A stretch of 64,000 nt of DNA from Psammoneis japonica (taxonomy: Eukaryota). Shown here in pieces: positions 59,311 to 64,000 of this stretch (position 1 is the stretch's first letter; each line of letters begins with the position of its first letter). A program made the position numbers and the translations under genes. The DNA is taken from the NCBI GenBank assembly GCA_008632985.1, contig QPGO01000080.1, positions 62,001-126,000 of the forward strand, given 5' to 3'. Below the pieces are notes generated by a model, which saw nothing but the letters and a program-made list of their open reading frames with translations, was not told where the DNA came from and did no database searches.

Positions 59311-62300
59311 GATTTCCGAATGTCTTTTGAGAGTGACATTGTTTGTTTCTCACTTGACATGTGTGCATGGCATTGCGTCGAGTGTTCTCATTGACGTTCT
59401 TTGTTGATGTGAGCGCCAGGACCAATTGTCCCGCAGTGTCTTTCATTGTGTCGATTGCACACAGCATTGTGCCCAGCACTTGGTGTGCACTCTTTTAATT
59501 GCCATGGCATTCACTTTTACTTGCTTGTGGATTTCGTGTAGTTCTGGCTGGCTTCACATGCCATGTTGCTCTGCTGCACTTCCACGCATCGTAAGCAATT
59601 GACGATGTTCAAGAATGTTTTCTAACCATTTCGTCTTGGACAATCCTGGGATGGTTGTGAATTCCTTCATGGATTTTTTTGCACTTCAACCATCCATCAG
59701 TTGGATTTTAATCGTCATTTGGACATTTCTTTTTGACATGCCGGTGTCATTTTGTCATTCCGAAGGCACTTCTTTCGTGCACTGTGTGGACAAATGTCCA
59801 TTTTTGTGTTTTATTTCTGAATCTTTGGCACATCTCGTGTGACATTGTTTGTGTCTTGCCTCGCACATCGTACGTTGCAATCGTGCGGGTGCTGTGAGAT
59901 TGTTTTTTGCCAGTGTGAAGTGGATGCTGCAATGTCGTGCACCAGTCTGTCACAGAGTTTTTTTTCCAACCATCCTTTGACAAGGCAGTTTTGTCCTTGT
60001 GGCATGAGCATTTTTCGATTTTCGATCTCCCTCGCCTCCACGAAAAGTGTTCGTGTGACATGTCGCGTCCGACAAGTTGGAGGGAAATGTCTTCATCCCG
60101 TTTTAACGGCAGGACATTGTCGCAGGATTGAATTTTCTGTGGCAAGTCGGCTGATCGCGTCTGTTGCGACGATGTTCGCCTTGCCCTCGACGCATTTTAA
60201 TGCGGGGCTGAAGTTTTCCATTGTAAGTCGTCAATGCATGACCTTGTCCGTTGTGTCTTACAATCCGTGTGTGTGTGAATCTGTTGGCCAAACAGCACAT
60301 TTTGGAATTTTACAAGTGTTTTCGCCATGGCAGAAGTTCTTTTTTCCGTTGCAATGCATGATGTTGAAATGTCATGTGTGACAACAACACAGTTTGTGAT
60401 TTGATGCGCTCCATGTTTTCGGAGACTTTTCATTCTGTACTTGTCGTTTTGCCGTTTGACCCTTGTTGAGGTGGATTTGGCTGGAAGTGTGCAGGAGACG
60501 CGTTCCAGACGCAGGTGGGAATCCGTGTGACATTGGGCCCGCAGAATTCTACGTGCGAGCTCTGCATTAAAATTGTCAGGTAATTAAAATGTCAATGTTC
60601 GCCAACAGAAAATGAGGCAATTTTGCGAACGCACAAACTCGTCCATGATTGAAGAACATCATTTGTCACTTGGCTGGGTGCATTCTTCAGACATTGAAGA
60701 ATGCAACTGGCGCATTGTTGTTTCCACAAATTTGTCATGTAAAACGTCTGGGGCTTCGCAAAACAGCGAGTCTGGACAATTTTTTTGAAATGTTGCACGT
60801 AGAAATGCCGCACGAAACATGCGACGGATGATAAAAATTTTTTGTGTCACACGTCAGCACTGCGAGCTCCCACCTGGGGCTGGAACGCGTCAGGAGATCA
60901 TTGAGAGTGCATGTCTCGACAGCACCAACATGTGGCGACGAGATGTCGCAGTGTTCTTTGCGTTTTTCTCGTGTTGCGATTGCTTGAATCACCTCCATTT
61001 TCTTTGCAATCAATTTCACATCGTTGTGTGTGGAAGTCTTGACAATTTATTTCAAGTCAAATGGTGAAGAACCTTTGTTGTTGACCTTCCAAGTGACTGT
61101 TCCAGTCGTTTGAATGCCGTGCTGAGCTGTCACTTGTGCAGGTGACATTTTGAAGTCACTTTTTGTCGGGCACAAATGATCATTTGCAGTCGTTCTGACA
61201 ACTTCAAACCTGCCATGAGTTCGCTCATGTGTGGCACAAAAATGTCTGGGGCTCTGTGGCTTCTCGTTGGAAGTCCACAGTGCTCATTTTTTTCCCACGA
61301 CATGATTTTCGTGTGAGCACGACGTGTGCTTTTTTTATTTGACATGGTGGCACTCCACATTTGAATCAAATAGATTGCATGTGTGAAACGTTCTTGCTTC
61401 AACAGCATTTCCTGAACATTGGGCAAAGGACACACCACGTGTGCGAACCTTTTGCCAAGCTTCTGAGTGTCGGGCGCGGTCAACTCGACCTGTTTTCTTT
61501 GGACAATGAGTCTCAGAGCGACTCATTCAGAGCAGCTTCATTTTTAAGACTTCAATCTTTCACAACAGGTCAAATTCCTTTTAATTGGACGCCTCCAAAG
61601 GCCATGATGGGAGAAGGTTCTCACGCGTCGTGGAATCGCGTCAGATTTTCCACGATGAGATCCACTGGTTCTTCCCATGCATTCGTCTGAGGAACTTTTC
61701 AAAAAGATTTCAACCTCTTAAGAAGAAGATTGAGTTGGTTGTGTTCATTTGGGTTAGATGCATCGCCGTAGTTGTCACTTGATTAGGATCGATGGCGTGT
61801 TAATGTGAGTCGAGGACCATTGGTTCCGTTGTTAACTCTATTCACGGCATCATATTTTTCAATGTGATCGGTTTTCAGCTTGAAAACATCGGCATCGAAG
61901 AGGGTATGAACATTCTTCATAGGGTAATTGCTTCTTCCCATTTGATTTCTTCAATTACGTAGTCTAATATGATTACAAGACTGGACATTAAGTCGCGTCC
62001 CATGATCACATTAGTCGACCTTCAAGAAGATTTCGTGTTATCGACATATACTGTTTGAATATCAGTATGTCTTAAATTTGCATAGTGAGAACTGAATTCG
62101 GTTTCTACTATCAGTCGTAAAGAGCTCACCCTTGGTTTCCCAAGTTTTTTGGTGGCGGATATTTGGTTCTCAACTTTGCACGATTTGCGTAAAATCATGG
62201 GTGACGATGTTCTTTATCGAGAGAACACGTAGAAGCTTATTTTTTGCTTTTCTCAGAGAAGTAGTCATATAGACGGCGAGAATAGAACTCGTATAACATA

Positions 62301-63551
62301 CTATGATGTTTTTTCTGGGTTTCCAGACGTCCTGTAACGCTGTATACTCCTCGATCGGTGTAAATTTTTGATCGGACTCGATCGGGTCAATTTTTCTAAA
62401 TTGATAGTTTCATTCTCTAAGTGTTTTAGAGTCGTAATTTTCGCTCTTATTTTTTCGCTCCTTTGCTGAGGAACTCATTTTAATTTTTTTGTGAACTACC
62501 CAGTTCATTATGGGGTTCAATTCCTCTTTCACAGAGGTATTTCCTGCTATCGCCACGCCGCGTGCGATTGCTGTTAGAGTGTCATATTTTTGGGTCTCTT
62601 TTAGAGCCACCCTTGCACTCTTTTGCTAGTTCATTTTCAGAATAGCTTTAATCCGTGATGTAGGTATTCTTTTTTCAAAGATTGGACCTTGCATTCACTT
62701 TGGATTGTTCAGGTACCATATAGGAGACCATTTTGGGAACCAAATTTGGAACCTTTTTTATTTTGGAACCAACTGCGCTATCAGAGCCTGAGTTGATATG
62801 TTTTTTCGTCATGGACGTCATGAACGACCTCTTGACTACTCAAACCTCAATCAGCTCGTCAAGGGTATGATCCAGTAGTTCAATATTTTGGACAGTAGGC
62901 TGATGCTGCCATCCTTGCGGTGCGAGTGATAGCTGATAGCTCACGGCTCGGTTTCCCGCTAGATTCAACTTAGAATCGATTGAAGGGTCGTATAGAGACT
63001 CTTCATTGACCTCTTGGGTCGAATAGGCACTCTCTTGCTGCTGAGAGCCTTTGGTTTCTTCAGATCATCTCGAAAAAAATAATTCTGATTCTGAAGTGCA
63101 ATTCCTGGAAAGACATGAGATAAGAGACTCTTGACGTACTTTCCAATGGTTCCTTCTTGCTCTTTGGACTCGAGACTCGTCGATTCGGTCTGAAAAACTC
63201 TCCAATAGTCTCTCCTTGCAAAGTAAATGTATTTCTCGGATCTGATCGACTCGGGACTTGCATTCTCTGCAACCATGACTTGGTGTAGATTTTTTGATAA
63301 TGCGGTGTACTTGTAGAGTCCTTGATCCTTGGATGCTTGGAATAGACCGTATTAGAACGAATCTTGTCATTTGCTAGACGAAAAACAGCGTTCCATCTTG
63401 AGGTACTGCTCGGATTGAGCTCCTTCCGCTCGGAAATCGATTCTAGCATAACTGATGCGATTCGTCCCTGTTTATAGAAGAATTTACAAAGGCACATTAG
63501 TTAAAATTTTCATTTTCCGTGCTTTTTACCTTCTGTGGTGTGTATACACAA

Positions 63552-63973
63552 TGCACCATGCTCGAAGAACGAGTATAAACGAAAGTAGAATCAAGTATGA
63601 AAAGTGAAAATTATGAGATTAAATTTTACTCTGTGATTTTTGGTTTCTCCGAACGAGTTCTCAATGGCCTAAAGCTTCTATACTGCTTCTACAGACAAAA
63701 GGCCTTTCGGAGAATATATTCGTGACAACAGATTGTCCGGATACGATTGCCATTGACACGTAAGATGTCAACATCGTCAATCGATCGTATTTGCAATTTT
63801 CGACATCCGATCAACTCTGTGTGATCGTTCTGTCCTTTGTACGCATCCACGACTGTGGTACGATTGACATATAAATAACATATAATTCTGAATATGTGTG
63901 TAACAGTCGCATGCTGCACCTGTGCAATTTTCACCGTGGGGAAGCACTGAGTCACGAGTGGGCGGGACTGACA
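63552..63973 (-). repeat. 5' LTR of element 2; mostly TpA-intact
   Basis: Begins TGTCAGTCCC on the minus strand and ends ...TGCA. Confidence 0.9.
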
Positions 63974-64000
63974 ACTTCACATTTACATGTGCTTGCCTCA

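Larger units (their letters stand above)
58909..63973 (-). mobile_element. Heavily degenerate Ty3/Gypsy LTR retrotransposon (element 2)
   Basis: LTRs at 58909-59310 (truncated) and 63552-63973. RT remnants PKKTGRV and APDIF..MSELMAGL. Many frameshifts and no TSD found. Confidence 0.85.

Noticed and set aside
58909..63973. Classical fungal RIP (CpA->TpA) acting on the TpA-rich LTR
   Set aside because: Conserved Tyr->His/Cys in pol and the TA-retaining fragment at 58011 indicate that TA is ancestral.

Overview
This is eukaryotic DNA, most likely a diatom (inference from short GT-AG introns, Ty3/Gypsy elements, RXL/KXXK cell-wall-type secreted proteins and the gene families present). Gene-rich blocks alternate with four transposon-derived blocks (~3.3-13.4, ~33.1-36.8, ~49.1-55.9 and ~58.3-64 kb). 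The gene blocks contain glycosyltransferase fusions, an M64 peptidase, a DEAH helicase, DNMT2, a FOXRED2-like flavoprotein, a PLC-like phosphodiesterase, a VIT-vWA-kinase fusion and proline/threonine-rich secreted proteins. The main result is that the repeats carry a massive, directional, both-strand A:T->G:C hypermutation focused on TpA (TA->TG or CA). It is the reverse of fungal RIP and separate from CpG decay. Internal evidence: LTR-pair alignments (23 of 25 TpA converted in one LTR, by hand count) and systematic loss of conserved Tyr codons (RT YxDD motif read as HLDD). It has a sequence-context preference, fairly sharp borders and patchy escape islands. I interpret it as a candidate repeat-targeted genome-defence mutator. 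A second result is a 3-exon silacidin-like secreted peptide precursor at 37339-37817 that the ORF track does not show. Several single-base frameshifts at homopolymers in host genes look like assembly errors. All counts are manual and no database searches were run.
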